Assembly: GCA_038215615.1 (NCBI GenBank)
Contig: JBBQQR010000004.1
Location: 1 to 64,000, forward strand
Direction of reading: 5' to 3'
Origin: Vulcanimicrobiales bacterium
Lineage (GTDB): Bacteria > Vulcanimicrobiota > Vulcanimicrobiia > Vulcanimicrobiales > Vulcanimicrobiaceae
DNA length: 64,000 bases
In this document: positions 41,772 through 51,015 of the stretch, in pieces
How positions within the stretch are numbered: position 1 is the first letter of the stretch
Layout of the letters: the number at the start of each line of letters is the position of its first letter
Translations under genes and position numbers: made by a program
Notes under the pieces: generated by a model
What the model was told of the DNA's origin: nothing
The model's database searches: none
Seen by the model: only the letters and a program-made list of their open reading frames with translations

Positions 41772-41966
41772 ATGCTCAGTCTTTTCATGCGCTTGACGCT
41801 TCTGGTCGCCGCCGTGCTCGTCGTGCTGTTCGTCGTCTCGTTCCTGGTGGTGCACATCGTCGTGCCGGCGCTGATCATCGCGGCGCTCGTCGTCGGAGTG
41901 CTCTTCCTTGTGAATCTGTTCCGGCGCCGCACGGCTTCGGCCGCGATCACCCGCTTCCGGGGCTAA
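41772..41966 (+). CDS. Small hypothetical membrane protein
   Basis: 64 aa with two hydrophobic stretches and a basic tail. Confidence 0.6.
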   Translation: MLSLFMRLTLLVAAVLVVLFVVSFLVVHIVVPALIIAALVVGVLFLVNLFRRRTASAAITRFRG

Positions 41967-42751
41967 CGAACGAACGCGGCCAACTCGGCCGCCAGCGCCT
42001 CCGGTTCCTCGAGCATCGGAAGATGCCCGCTGTTTTTCATGAGCGCCAGCCGCGCCGCCGGAAAGGCCGCGCGCATTCCTTCAGCCTCCGCGGGCGGCAC
42101 GACTTTGTCGCCGGCGCCGGCGACGATGAGCACCGGCATCGCGAGATCCGCAGCGATGTCGTAGGATTCCACCCGCTGCGACATGCCTCGCAACATTGCG
42201 GCGGCGCCGCGCGGAGAATTCGATCGCACGATCGCGCGCGCCCGTTCGATCGTGCCGGATTTTTTTTCCAACGATTCGTCGGAAAACAACTTCGGAATGT
42301 AACTTTCGACCGCTGGTTCGATGCTGTTCTCGCGCTCCAGCCGATCGGCAAGATCGTTGCGAAAGCCCGCCGTTTCAGGCGAATCCGCACTAAGGCGGCT
42401 GCAGACCAGCCCTAAACGCGCAACGCGTTCGGTATACATGCGCGCGAACGCCATCGCGACGAATCCGCCCAGCGAATGACCGACGATCGTCACGCGATCG
42501 ATCGCCATTGCATCCAAGATCGTAGCGAGATCGCCGGCGAGCGTTTCCATCAAGTACGGTCCGTCGGGCGCGCTCGATCGTCCCATGCCGCGAAGATCCG
42601 GACGGATCACTCGGTGCGTTTGCGCGAGCTGCGAAGCCTGCGCGTTCCAGATTTCGCGCGTCAGCGGAAAGCCGTGGATCAGAACAATCGCGTCGCCGTT
42701 GCCATCGATCGCGACATCGAGCTCGGCTCCGTCAACGTAAAAACTTGTCAC
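41963..42751 (-). CDS. Alpha/beta-fold hydrolase (PcaD-like)
   Basis: LIHGFP, PDLRGMGRS, GHSLGG, GHLPMLEEP. Confidence 0.9.
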   Translation of the reverse strand: MTSFYVDGAELDVAIDGNGDAIVLIHGFPLTREIWNAQASQLAQTHRVIRPDLRGMGRSSAPDGPYLMETLAGDLATILDAMAIDRVTIVGHSLGGFVAMAFARMYTERVARLGLVCSRLSADSPETAGFRNDLADRLERENSIEPAVESYIPKLFSDESLEKKSGTIERARAIVRSNSPRGAAAMLRGMSQRVESYDIAADLAMPVLIVAGAGDKVVPPAEAEGMRAAFPAARLALMKNSGHLPMLEEPEALAAELAAFVR

Positions 42752-42773
42752 GGCGCTCGTAATACTGTATAAC
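42745..42773 (+). promoter_or_regulatory. Sigma70-type promoter for the basic small protein
   Basis: TTGTCA-N17-TATAAC. Confidence 0.65.
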
Positions 42774-42827
42774 ATAGGCAACACCCCTGGCTACTTACCT
42801 AGCCAGAGAAAGGATGACTGAACTTCA

Positions 42828-42998
42828 ATGGCAGTCAAACGTAAAAGGAAAAAGGCAGCTGCGAAAAAGGCAGCTCCGCGTAAGCGCCGTAAGGCAGCGC
42901 GCAAGGGCGGACGCCGTAAAGGCGCACGCAAAGCCGCTCGCAAGACAACGGCTCGCAAAAAGACGACCCGCCGGAAACGCCGGAAAAAGGCCGCCTAA
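42828..42998 (+). CDS. 56-aa Lys/Arg/Ala-rich histone-H1/protamine-like protein
   Basis: MAVKRKRKKAAAKKAAPRKRRKAARKGGRRKGARKAARKTTARKKTTRRKRRKKAA*, flanked by a promoter, an AAAGGA RBS-like motif and terminators. Confidence 0.8.
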   Translation: MAVKRKRKKAAAKKAAPRKRRKAARKGGRRKGARKAARKTTARKKTTRRKRRKKAA

Positions 42999-43000
42999 CT

Positions 43001-43055
43001 AAAGACGCTTCGGCGTTTTTCCTTTAGCGCGCCGTCGTCCGGCGCGCTTTTTTTT
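43001..43055 (+). terminator. Tandem intrinsic terminators
   Basis: AAAGACGC-TTCG-GCGTTTTT and AGCGCGCCG-TCGTC-CGGCGCGCT followed by a T-run. Confidence 0.8.
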
Positions 43056-44304
43056 ATACCGTCCGCAACACCGGACGCGTCACCCACGGCCATAAGGTAA
43101 AGAGCGCTGTGGCGGCGCCAACGATGAGAAACGCCATGTGCAGGCCGATCAGCGAGCCGATGGCGCCTACAACAAGCGCGCCGCCCGGCACCAGCCCAAT
43201 CGCGACCATCGTGTAGACCGAAATCGCGCGTCCGCGCACGTGATCGGGGGAGAGCGTTTGAATGAGGGTATTGGATGCGCCCAACAGCGTCATCGTCGCG
43301 GTGCCTATCAGAAACAGCACCGGGAGTGCTAGCCAGAGATTCCAGATACACCCTAAGCTCAGCACGCCCAGCGACATCACCATCGCGGAGATGAGCCAAA
43401 TGGCACCCCGGCGCTCGCGCGCACCAAGATACGCCGTCAAGAGCGCGCCGGCGAAACCGCCCACGCCGGTGGCCGAGATCGCGAGGCTCAGATCCAAAGC
43501 GTTGCCATGCAGCGTGTTCACGACGAAGGCCGGCAGCAGCATGCTGTACGGGCGAACGAGCAGCGCTGTCACGACAAAGATGGCGACGATCCATTTGAGG
43601 ATGGGATGCTCGCGCAGAAACCGCAGGCCGTACGCGATCGACGCCAGCCAATTCTCCGGACGGCCTGTGCTGGGCGGCGCGGGTTTCATGAAGACCAGCG
43701 CGAGGATGACCGCCAGTGTCGCGACCGCGTTGACGTAAAACGACCCGGCGATGCCGACCGAGATGATCAGAACGCCGGCGATCGCAGGCCCGATCACGGC
43801 GGGCGCGTTGAAGGCGACCGAGTTCAGCCCGATCGCATTGCCGACGTACTCGCGTTCAACCATGAGCGGCACCCAACTCTGCCGCGCGGGCGAATCAAAG
43901 GCGAGGACAGTCGCGCTTGCGGCGTTGATCAGAATCAATCCCAGAATGTTCATCCAGCCAAGACTTGTGAAGACCGCCAGCATGAGCGCCAGCAGCGCCA
44001 TGATGGAATTGGTGATGAACAGGAGGCGGCGGCGCGGCCAGACGTCGGCAACCACGCCGGCGATTGGCGAAAGCAGCAAAACCGGAATCGCGCGGGCTAA
44101 TCCTTGGAAGCCCAGATAGAGAGCCGCCGTGTGCGCGTCGCCCGCGAGTTTAGCGATAAAGTACCCGGTCGCAGTGAGCTGCATCCACGATCCGACGTTG
44201 GAGACCAGCAGTCCGATCCAGAGCAGGCGGAAGTCGCGAAAACGCAGCGCCGAGAATATCGTGATGCGGCGGCGCGGAAGCCCGCGCTCGACGCTGACGC
44301 TCAC
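43054..44304 (-). CDS. MFS transporter (H+ antiporter-like)
   Basis: FSALRFRDFRLLW, GVVAD..PRRRLL, FDSPARQS, multiple TM segments. GTG overlaps the upstream stop. Confidence 0.9.
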   Translation of the reverse strand: MSVSVERGLPRRRITIFSALRFRDFRLLWIGLLVSNVGSWMQLTATGYFIAKLAGDAHTAALYLGFQGLARAIPVLLLSPIAGVVADVWPRRRLLFITNSIMALLALMLAVFTSLGWMNILGLILINAASATVLAFDSPARQSWVPLMVEREYVGNAIGLNSVAFNAPAVIGPAIAGVLIISVGIAGSFYVNAVATLAVILALVFMKPAPPSTGRPENWLASIAYGLRFLREHPILKWIVAIFVVTALLVRPYSMLLPAFVVNTLHGNALDLSLAISATGVGGFAGALLTAYLGARERRGAIWLISAMVMSLGVLSLGCIWNLWLALPVLFLIGTATMTLLGASNTLIQTLSPDHVRGRAISVYTMVAIGLVPGGALVVGAIGSLIGLHMAFLIVGAATALFTLWPWVTRPVLRTV

Positions 44305-44903
44305 CGCGCGCCGGCCGCGCTTACGATGATCTCGGCCGCACGCTCGACGTTGAAAGTCGACGTGTCGAGCGCAAGATCGTAGGTCTGCGGATCGGTCCAC
44401 TCCAGGTCGTAGTACGCGCGCAGATACTCCCGGCGCGCGCGATCGATCCGGTCGATTTCGGCGGCCGCGGTTCTCTCGTCGGCGCCGGTGGCTTCCATAA
44501 GATGATGAATGCGCCAGTTGCGCGGCGCCGCCATGAAGACGCGCAGCACGCCGGGTCCGCGTCCCAGAATCGCGTGGGCGCCGCGGCCGATAATGACGAC
44601 GTTGCCGTGCGCCGCGTATTCACGCACGGTTTCTTGCACTTCGCGCAGGCACTCTTCGTCGAAAGACGGCCCAGCTTCCGCCTGGATTTCGGGCGTGCCG
44701 AGCTCCAGCCCGCGCAACATGCGCTCGCTCATCGTGCGGCCAAGGTCTTCGGCCTCCTCGACTGCTTCGGGCGACGTCCGCAAACGTTTGGCGACGACCA
44801 CGGGTAGCTGCTCGTCGACGAATTCGTAGCCGAGCCGTTCCGCAACGCGCTGCGCAATCGCGAGCGCGCCGCAGCCGTACCGGTTGGAGATCGTGATGAC
44901 CAC
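44301..44903 (-). CDS. Cytidylate kinase-like family protein
   Basis: VITISNRYGCG, NVVIIGRGA, YDLALDTS. Confidence 0.88.
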   Translation of the reverse strand: MVITISNRYGCGALAIAQRVAERLGYEFVDEQLPVVVAKRLRTSPEAVEEAEDLGRTMSERMLRGLELGTPEIQAEAGPSFDEECLREVQETVREYAAHGNVVIIGRGAHAILGRGPGVLRVFMAAPRNWRIHHLMEATGADERTAAAEIDRIDRARREYLRAYYDLEWTDPQTYDLALDTSTFNVERAAEIIVSAAGAR

Positions 44904-44955
44904 GCCCGCGTCTTTCTCCGAGGGCCCGCGCGAGCCTCGGGATAACAGGGCCTAG

Positions 44956-45960
44956 ATGCCGCCGATCATTCGGACGCGCGACTTGCGCAAGACCTTCCGC
45001 TCGCCCAAAAGACGGCCCGGCGTCGGCGGCGCGCTGCGCACGCTCTTTTCACGCGCCTACGAAGAAAAGGTCGCCGTCCGCGACGTCACGATGGAACTCG
45101 AACCCGGCGAACTCGTCGGCTACATCGGACCCAACGGCGCCGGCAAGTCCACGACAATCAAAATGCTGACCGGCATTCTGGTGCCGACCGCCGGCACGAT
45201 CGAAGTCGCCGGACTCGTGCCCTACGAGCGCCGCAATGAAAACGCGCGCAATATCGGCGTCGTCTTCGGACAGCGCAGCCAGCTTTATTGGGACCTGCCG
45301 CTGGTGGAATCGTTCGAGCTGCTGCGCGCGATTTATTCGATTCCGAAGGATCGCTACCGCGAGAACCTCCAGCGCTTCATCGAGATGCTGGAAATGGAGC
45401 CGTTTCTGCGTACGCCCGTGCGCCAGCTTTCGCTCGGACAGCGGATGCGCGGCGATTTCGCCGCGGCTATGCTGCACAATCCGCGCATTGTCTATCTGGA
45501 CGAGCCGACGATCGGACTCGACGTCGTCGCGAAGGAAGCGATCCGCGAGTTCGTTCGCCACATCAATCAAGATCGCGGCACGACGATCATCCTCACCACG
45601 CACGACCTGGCCGACGTCGAACGGCTTTGCCGCCGCATCATCCTGATCGACGAGGGCACGATCATTTACGACGGTACAGTCGAGCATATCAAGGAACAGT
45701 ACGGGACGCACCGCACGCTCGTGCTCACGCTAACGCAGCCGCACGCAAATCCGGCACTGGAAGGCACCGATATTGAATCCAACGATCGCGGCCTGGTGCG
45801 CTACCGCTTCGATCGGCGGCGCGTTCGACCCGACCAATTGATCCGCGAAGCCACCGAACAATACGAACTGCGCGACGTCAGCATCGAGGAGCCTGATTTG
45901 GAATCGATAATCCGACGGATCTACGTCGAAGGCTACGAGCAGGAGCCGGTAAACACATGA
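44956..45960 (+). CDS. ABC-2 type transporter ATPase
   Basis: GPNGAGKST, FGQRSQLYWDLP, LSLGQRMR, LDEPTIGLD. Confidence 0.93.
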   Translation: MPPIIRTRDLRKTFRSPKRRPGVGGALRTLFSRAYEEKVAVRDVTMELEPGELVGYIGPNGAGKSTTIKMLTGILVPTAGTIEVAGLVPYERRNENARNIGVVFGQRSQLYWDLPLVESFELLRAIYSIPKDRYRENLQRFIEMLEMEPFLRTPVRQLSLGQRMRGDFAAAMLHNPRIVYLDEPTIGLDVVAKEAIREFVRHINQDRGTTIILTTHDLADVERLCRRIILIDEGTIIYDGTVEHIKEQYGTHRTLVLTLTQPHANPALEGTDIESNDRGLVRYRFDRRRVRPDQLIREATEQYELRDVSIEEPDLESIIRRIYVEGYEQEPVNT

Positions 45961-46610
45961 TCGTTTCAAGCGGAACGAAGAAACCGAACATTCACGCGAG
46001 CGCGTACGTGGCGCCGACGGCGACGGTCAGCGGCGACGTCACCATCGAAGAGGGATGCGCCGTGCTCTTCGGCGCGGTCATCAGCGCGGAAGGTGCGCCG
46101 GTCACGATTGGCGCGAACAGCGTGGTGATGGAGAACGCCGTCGTCAAATCCAGCGGTGGAAAAGTCATGCAGTTTCCCTGCTCAGTCGGCGAAAGCTGCA
46201 TCATCGGACCGGGCGCCTACGTCGTTGGTGCAACGATCGAACCTGGCGCTTTCATCGCCTCGGGCGCGCGCATCCGCAACGGTGAGACGATCGCCGAGAA
46301 TACGACGGCCGGCGACCTCAGCAAGACCTTCTTCCAGGACGTCTTCAACTTACCCGATTCGGACGACGTGCGCGCGAAGGCGGCCGAAGGCTACTCGAAG
46401 TTCTTGCGCAAGGCGCACGCGCAGGACGCGGCGATCAGCGAAGGGCCGAAAAAAGTCGCGCCGAAGGCGCCGCTGCGCAGGACCGAAGAACCACCACCGA
46501 CGCAGGCGACCGAAGTCGAAAAAGTCGTCGACGTGATGTTCGTTGAGTTGGAGGAAGCGCGATTGCGGCGCGAAGCCGCTATCGAGCGCGAGAAGAAAAC
46601 CAAGCGATGA
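45957..46610 (+). CDS. Hexapeptide-repeat (gamma carbonic anhydrase-like) protein with charged tail
   Basis: P.IHASAYVAPTATVSGDVTI, IGANSVVMENAV. Confidence 0.75.
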   Translation: MIVSSGTKKPNIHASAYVAPTATVSGDVTIEEGCAVLFGAVISAEGAPVTIGANSVVMENAVVKSSGGKVMQFPCSVGESCIIGPGAYVVGATIEPGAFIASGARIRNGETIAENTTAGDLSKTFFQDVFNLPDSDDVRAKAAEGYSKFLRKAHAQDAAISEGPKKVAPKAPLRRTEEPPPTQATEVEKVVDVMFVELEEARLRREAAIEREKKTKR

Positions 46611-47398
46611 CCCTAGAGCCGTACGTCGAGTTCGCGAAGAAAGCGTTCGCGCGCGAGGCGACGTACCGGCTCGAGGTTTTCACCGAAATCGGCTCCCTGA
46701 TCGTGCGGGTCTACCTGCTGCGGTCGGTCTGGACGGCGCTCTACGCGCAAAACATCGCGCCGATGAACCTACCGCTGCACAGCATGATCACGTACGCGAC
46801 GGTCGCGTTGCTGATGTCGCTGATTTTGGAAGTCGACGGCACGCGGCTCATTCGCGAAAAACTCCGCGAAGGCACCATCGCGACCGACCTGATGAAACCG
46901 ATTAGCGTGCCGTTCTATTTCTTCAGCGACGGGTTCGGTCAGACTGGACTCCACGCACTGCTGGTCATCCCATGTATTCTCTTCGCGCTGCTGCTGGTGC
47001 ACATCGATGTACCGAGCCTACCGGTACTCGGCATGTTTCTGCTCTCGTTCGCGGTCGGCTATCTGCTCAATTTCTTCGTGAACTTCGTCATGAACGCCAT
47101 CGCATTTTGGACGCTCGAAACGTTTGCGATTCAACTGATCGTGCGTTGGGTTTCGGATCTGCTGAGCGGGCAGATTATTCCGCTGACATTTTTCCCCGGC
47201 ATCTTCGGCCGGATTGTCTTCGCGTTGCCCTTCGCGGCGATCTATTCTACGCCGCTGCTGATCTACGTCGGCGTCATTCAGCCGCAAGACTATGGGCGCA
47301 TGTTGCTCGTGCAGATCCTATGGCTAGGGCTTTTCAGCACGCTGTCGCTCTTCATGTGGAGAGCCGCCGCGCGCCGAGTCGTGATCCAGGGCGGCTAG
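46607..47398 (+). CDS. ABC-2 family transporter permease
   Basis: TYRLE, GTIATDLMKP, LSGQIIPL.FFP, LPF, VIQGG C-terminus. Confidence 0.9.
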   Translation: MTLEPYVEFAKKAFAREATYRLEVFTEIGSLIVRVYLLRSVWTALYAQNIAPMNLPLHSMITYATVALLMSLILEVDGTRLIREKLREGTIATDLMKPISVPFYFFSDGFGQTGLHALLVIPCILFALLLVHIDVPSLPVLGMFLLSFAVGYLLNFFVNFVMNAIAFWTLETFAIQLIVRWVSDLLSGQIIPLTFFPGIFGRIVFALPFAAIYSTPLLIYVGVIQPQDYGRMLLVQILWLGLFSTLSLFMWRAAARRVVIQGG

Positions 47399-47401
47399 CC
47401 G

Positions 47402-47662
47402 TCACTCCCACATCAACTCGTCCACGTAGCACCACTTCCAGTTTTCGCCCGGCTGAAACGATTGGATGATCGGATGCTTGGTGGCGTGGAAATGTTTGGT
47501 AGCATGCGTGTTCGCCGAATCGTCGCAGCAGCCGATGTGCCCGCGCTCCAAACACTCGCGCAGGTGCACCCAGTCGCTGCCGGTCTTTAGGCACTGTTCG
47601 CAGCCGTCGGGTGTGTTCGGCTTGACCTGATGAATATGATCGAGGTGCTTGCAGACGTTCAT
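47402..47662 (-). CDS. UBP-type zinc finger protein
   Basis: C.HL, GCEQCL..G..WVHLR.CL..GHIGCCDDS...HATKH, W.WCYVD. Confidence 0.88.
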   Translation of the reverse strand: MNVCKHLDHIHQVKPNTPDGCEQCLKTGSDWVHLRECLERGHIGCCDDSANTHATKHFHATKHPIIQSFQPGENWKWCYVDELMWE

Positions 47663-48396
47663 GCCGACGGAAGATCCCATAGCACAACTTCACCGCTTCC
47701 TTCCAGTTCGAGGCGCTCGACATCGTAGGTGCGCACGGCGTCGCCGGGACGCAGAATCTCGCCGTTTACCTTGAGTTCCGATCCGCTGACGTGCGGGCCG
47801 GCAAATACGAACCCAAAACGCTGCGGCTGAAACGTATGCCGCAAGGCGTGATGTTCGAGCCGCGCAACGCGTAACGTTGCATTTTGCATGAGTTTGATTG
47901 GCGCGTCGACGTTGGGTTCGCCCGTCGCTACCGTTAGCCAGCGGTTGCGGCGATCGTTTTCCGCGAAGTCCATTTGCCCGTACGTCGGCGGCGTTCCGCT
48001 CCGTCCGGGAAGCACCCACATTTGCACTAAATGCAACTCCAGATCTTTGCGCGCGTTGAATTCCGAATGCCGCACGCCGGTGCCGGCGCTCATGAACTGC
48101 ACACCGCCCGACTTCACGACGCCGTGATTGCCCATGCTGTCCTGATGTTCGAGCTCGCCGCTGAAAACGTAGGTGAGGATTTCCATGTCGCGGTGCGGAT
48201 GGACCGGAAAGCCCATGCCCGCCGCAATGCGATCGTCATTGAAGACGCGCAGCGCCCCCCACTGTTCGTTCGCCGGATCGTAATAGTCCGCGAAGCTGAA
48301 CGAGTGGTACGTCTTCAGCCAGCCGTGGTCTGCGGAAAACCGCTCGTCGGCGCGTTGAACGGCAACGCCCGCCGGCGGCTGCGAAATTGTCTTCAT
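47659..48396 (-). CDS. Pirin family protein (YhhW-like)
   Basis: HGWL..HSFSFA.YYDP, GF..HPHRDMEI, HQDSMGN, MSAGTGVRHSE. Confidence 0.93.
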   Translation of the reverse strand: MKTISQPPAGVAVQRADERFSADHGWLKTYHSFSFADYYDPANEQWGALRVFNDDRIAAGMGFPVHPHRDMEILTYVFSGELEHQDSMGNHGVVKSGGVQFMSAGTGVRHSEFNARKDLELHLVQMWVLPGRSGTPPTYGQMDFAENDRRNRWLTVATGEPNVDAPIKLMQNATLRVARLEHHALRHTFQPQRFGFVFAGPHVSGSELKVNGEILRPGDAVRTYDVERLELEGSGEVVLWDLPSA

Positions 48397-49310
48397 GCAC
48401 TTCCAGAATCGTCGGTGCCGGGCACGAGGTTGCGCGTGCGCCCCAGGAGCAGATGAAAGTAGAGGAAACCGCGCACGGGCCCAAGCGCTTGGAGCAGCGC
48501 CGCGGGGTCGAGGTCCGGGTCGCCGGAGAGCTCGCGCAGCGAGCGGGCCACGCCGGAGTCCTTCAATGGAAAGACGTCGAGCCGGCCCATGCCGCGCAGC
48601 AAGACCACGGCGGCGCTCCACGGGCCAATGCCCGGTATGGCCACCAATTTCGCGGCCGCCTCTTCGCTCGAAAGCCCGGCAAGCGATTCTTCCGAAACCA
48701 CACCGTCTTCGACAGCGGCTGCGGCGCTTCGCAGATGATCGACTTTGTTCGCGCTCAGGCCCGCGGCGCGCAGCGTTTCGTCGGACGCATAAAGCACGCT
48801 CGACGGACTGAAAAACGGATGGATCGCATCACCGTGTGCTTCGTAGGGCGCGCAGAGCGTTTGCACCGTGCGCCGCATAATCGACGACGCTGCGTGAATG
48901 CTGATCTGCTGGAAGACAATCGCGTGCGCCATCGCTTCCCAAAGTGACGGATAGCGCGGCGGATGCATGCCGCGCAGCCGTTCCGTGAGCCGCACAAGCC
49001 ACGGAAACGGTCTTATGCGGCGGTCCCACTCGGCCAAGCCGGCCTCGATTCCGAGCATGGAGCCCACCGTAGCCGTCCATCGCTCGGGCTTCATACCGGT
49101 TGTGCGCAGCTGCAGCGCGCCTGGGCGCATCTGACGCACCTCGATGAGGTTGCTGCCGGTATCATCGGAGAGCACGCGGCGGTACGCGCCGTCTTCGCTC
49201 ACGACATCAACGACGTTCGCGGCGAGCCGCCGCAAGGCGTCGGCGGTCAAATCGAGCCGGTACGGTTCCCGGACGGGGAGCTCGGTTTCGAATCTTTCGA
49301 CTTCGCTCAG
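48393..49310 (-). CDS. AlkA-family DNA-3-methyladenine glycosylase; probable CTG start
   Basis: WEA..HAIVFQQIS, LRAAGLS..K, HhH motif IPGIGPWSA, DVFP..D. The frame extends above the TTG as ELPVREPYRLDLT. Confidence 0.85.
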   Translation of the reverse strand: MSEVERFETELPVREPYRLDLTADALRRLAANVVDVVSEDGAYRRVLSDDTGSNLIEVRQMRPGALQLRTTGMKPERWTATVGSMLGIEAGLAEWDRRIRPFPWLVRLTERLRGMHPPRYPSLWEAMAHAIVFQQISIHAASSIMRRTVQTLCAPYEAHGDAIHPFFSPSSVLYASDETLRAAGLSANKVDHLRSAAAAVEDGVVSEESLAGLSSEEAAAKLVAIPGIGPWSAAVVLLRGMGRLDVFPLKDSGVARSLRELSGDPDLDPAALLQALGPVRGFLYFHLLLGRTRNLVPGTDDSGSA

Positions 49311-49330
49311 TACAGGCTCCGGCTTATGAC
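49294..49330. repeat. Degenerate copy of the REP-like element
   Basis: CTTTCGACTTCGCTCAGTACAGGCT matches 19/25 nt of the nested unit at 37746-37770 and is followed by ..ATGAC. Confidence 0.55.
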
Positions 49331-49348
49331 TGACCTAACTCTCGTGTC

Positions 49349-50143
49349 GTGCTCGCGACGTACTATCAATATTGGCGGATCAATTTCCTGACGATGCTCG
49401 AGTACCGGGCGAACTTCATCATGTGGTTCGCGTTCACGATCGTCTATCACGCAACCGCCATCGCGGCGCTCTGGGTGACGCTGCGCACGTTTCCCTCGAT
49501 GAACGGCTGGGATTTCCGGCAGATGGCGTTCCTGTACGCCCTCTGGATGCTCGGGCACGAGTTTCATAATGCGTTCTTCTTCAATGTCGTGAGCGTTCCC
49601 GAATACGTTCGCGAAGGCCGCTTCGACCGGTTCCTGGTCCGGCCGCAGGATACGCTCTTTCAAACGCTCACCGTGCCGGCACAACTTTTTCCCGACGGCC
49701 TGATTCTTGCGGTCATCTGGATGGCGCTCGCAACGAGGTATGCCGGGGTCAACGTAGATGCGGCATTTCTGCTCTTCGTGCCGCTGGTCATGGTCGGAGG
49801 CGCGCTCATCGATCTGGGTATTTCGCTGGCCGTGGCCACGGTTTCATTTTGGTTTGTGCGGGTCGACACGCTGCGGTGGGTGGTCATGTCGCTCGAACAG
49901 GAGTTTACGCGCTATCCGATCAGCATCTATACGCGCGGCGTCCGTTTTTTGCTGGCGTTCGTCTTTCCGTTTGCGTTCATGAATTATTTCCCGGCGACGT
50001 TCTTGCTGCACAAAGCCGAGACCGGATTTTCACTCTCGCCCTCGATCGGTTTGCTGACGCCGCTCGTCGGCGCGGCATGGCTCGCGCTTTCCTACGCGTT
50101 TTGGCGCTATGGCATGCAGCACTACCAGGGAACGGGCTCGTGA
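49349..50143 (+). CDS. ABC-2 family transporter permease (second subunit)
   Basis: EYRANF, GRFDRFLVRP, RYPISIY, PFAFMNYFPA, YQGTGS end. Confidence 0.9.
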   Translation: MLATYYQYWRINFLTMLEYRANFIMWFAFTIVYHATAIAALWVTLRTFPSMNGWDFRQMAFLYALWMLGHEFHNAFFFNVVSVPEYVREGRFDRFLVRPQDTLFQTLTVPAQLFPDGLILAVIWMALATRYAGVNVDAAFLLFVPLVMVGGALIDLGISLAVATVSFWFVRVDTLRWVVMSLEQEFTRYPISIYTRGVRFLLAFVFPFAFMNYFPATFLLHKAETGFSLSPSIGLLTPLVGAAWLALSYAFWRYGMQHYQGTGS

Positions 50144-51015
50144 AACGCTCGCTGTTCGTTGCCGGCGCCGGCGCGGCAGCGCTGTGGCCGAAGCACGCGT
50201 CCGCCCGGTCATTCGACGATCTCATGCGTGCGGCCATCGATCGCATTCCGGCGACGGTCGGCGTCTACGCGCGAACGATGGCTCCCGGCGCTCCGGTAGC
50301 GGCCTACAACGCCGGTCTGTCTTTTCCGAGCGCATCCACAATCAAAGTGCTGATCATGCTGACGGCGTTCCGGCTGGCGGAACGCGATCCGTCGGTCATG
50401 AGCAAAGTCATCACGTTCCGCAACGCCGATTTCATCGGCGGCTCGGACTTTCTGGCGCACGCTTCGAACGGCGACCGCTTCACCGTGCACGAGCTCATCG
50501 TGCCGATGATTGCGGTCAGCGACAACACGGCTGCAAACATGCTGATCACGCATTTCGGATTCGACGCGATCAACGCAAGCGCGCAAGCGGCCCGCCTGAC
50601 ACACACGCACCTGCGCCGTCATTTTCTAGATACGCCCGCGATTCTCAAACATCACGACAACCGCACCACGCCGCAAGACATGGCGAGCCTGCTCTTCCAG
50701 CTGGAACGCGGCACGCGCGAAGCAGTCCGCACGGTTGCATCGCCCGAATCGTGCCGGGCGATGATCCAGATCATGCTCGGACAAACCGATCGCGACAAAA
50801 TTCCCGCGGGCATTCCGCACGGCGTCGCGGTGGCGAACAAGACGGGCGAACTGACCGGCACACGCGCCGACATTGCGATCGTCGATCCGTTCGGCAACTC
50901 TCCGTACGTGCTGGCGGTCTACACGATGAAACTCAACGATTGGAGCGGCGGCGCGTACGGCATCGCCGACATCTCCCGCCTGGTCTACCACAAGGTCGCG
51001 GGGACTATGCTATAG
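50140..51015 (+). CDS. Class A beta-lactamase-fold serine hydrolase
   Basis: FPSASTIK (SxxK), SDN, KTG. Confidence 0.88.
   Translation: MKRSLFVAGAGAAALWPKHASARSFDDLMRAAIDRIPATVGVYARTMAPGAPVAAYNAGLSFPSASTIKVLIMLTAFRLAERDPSVMSKVITFRNADFIGGSDFLAHASNGDRFTVHELIVPMIAVSDNTAANMLITHFGFDAINASAQAARLTHTHLRRHFLDTPAILKHHDNRTTPQDMASLLFQLERGTREAVRTVASPESCRAMIQIMLGQTDRDKIPAGIPHGVAVANKTGELTGTRADIAIVDPFGNSPYVLAVYTMKLNDWSGGAYGIADISRLVYHKVAGTML

Noticed and set aside
50140..51015. Bona fide antibiotic-resistance beta-lactamase
   Set aside because: SxxK, SDN and KTG are present, but I see no omega-loop ExxLN glutamate; it is more likely a related serine hydrolase.
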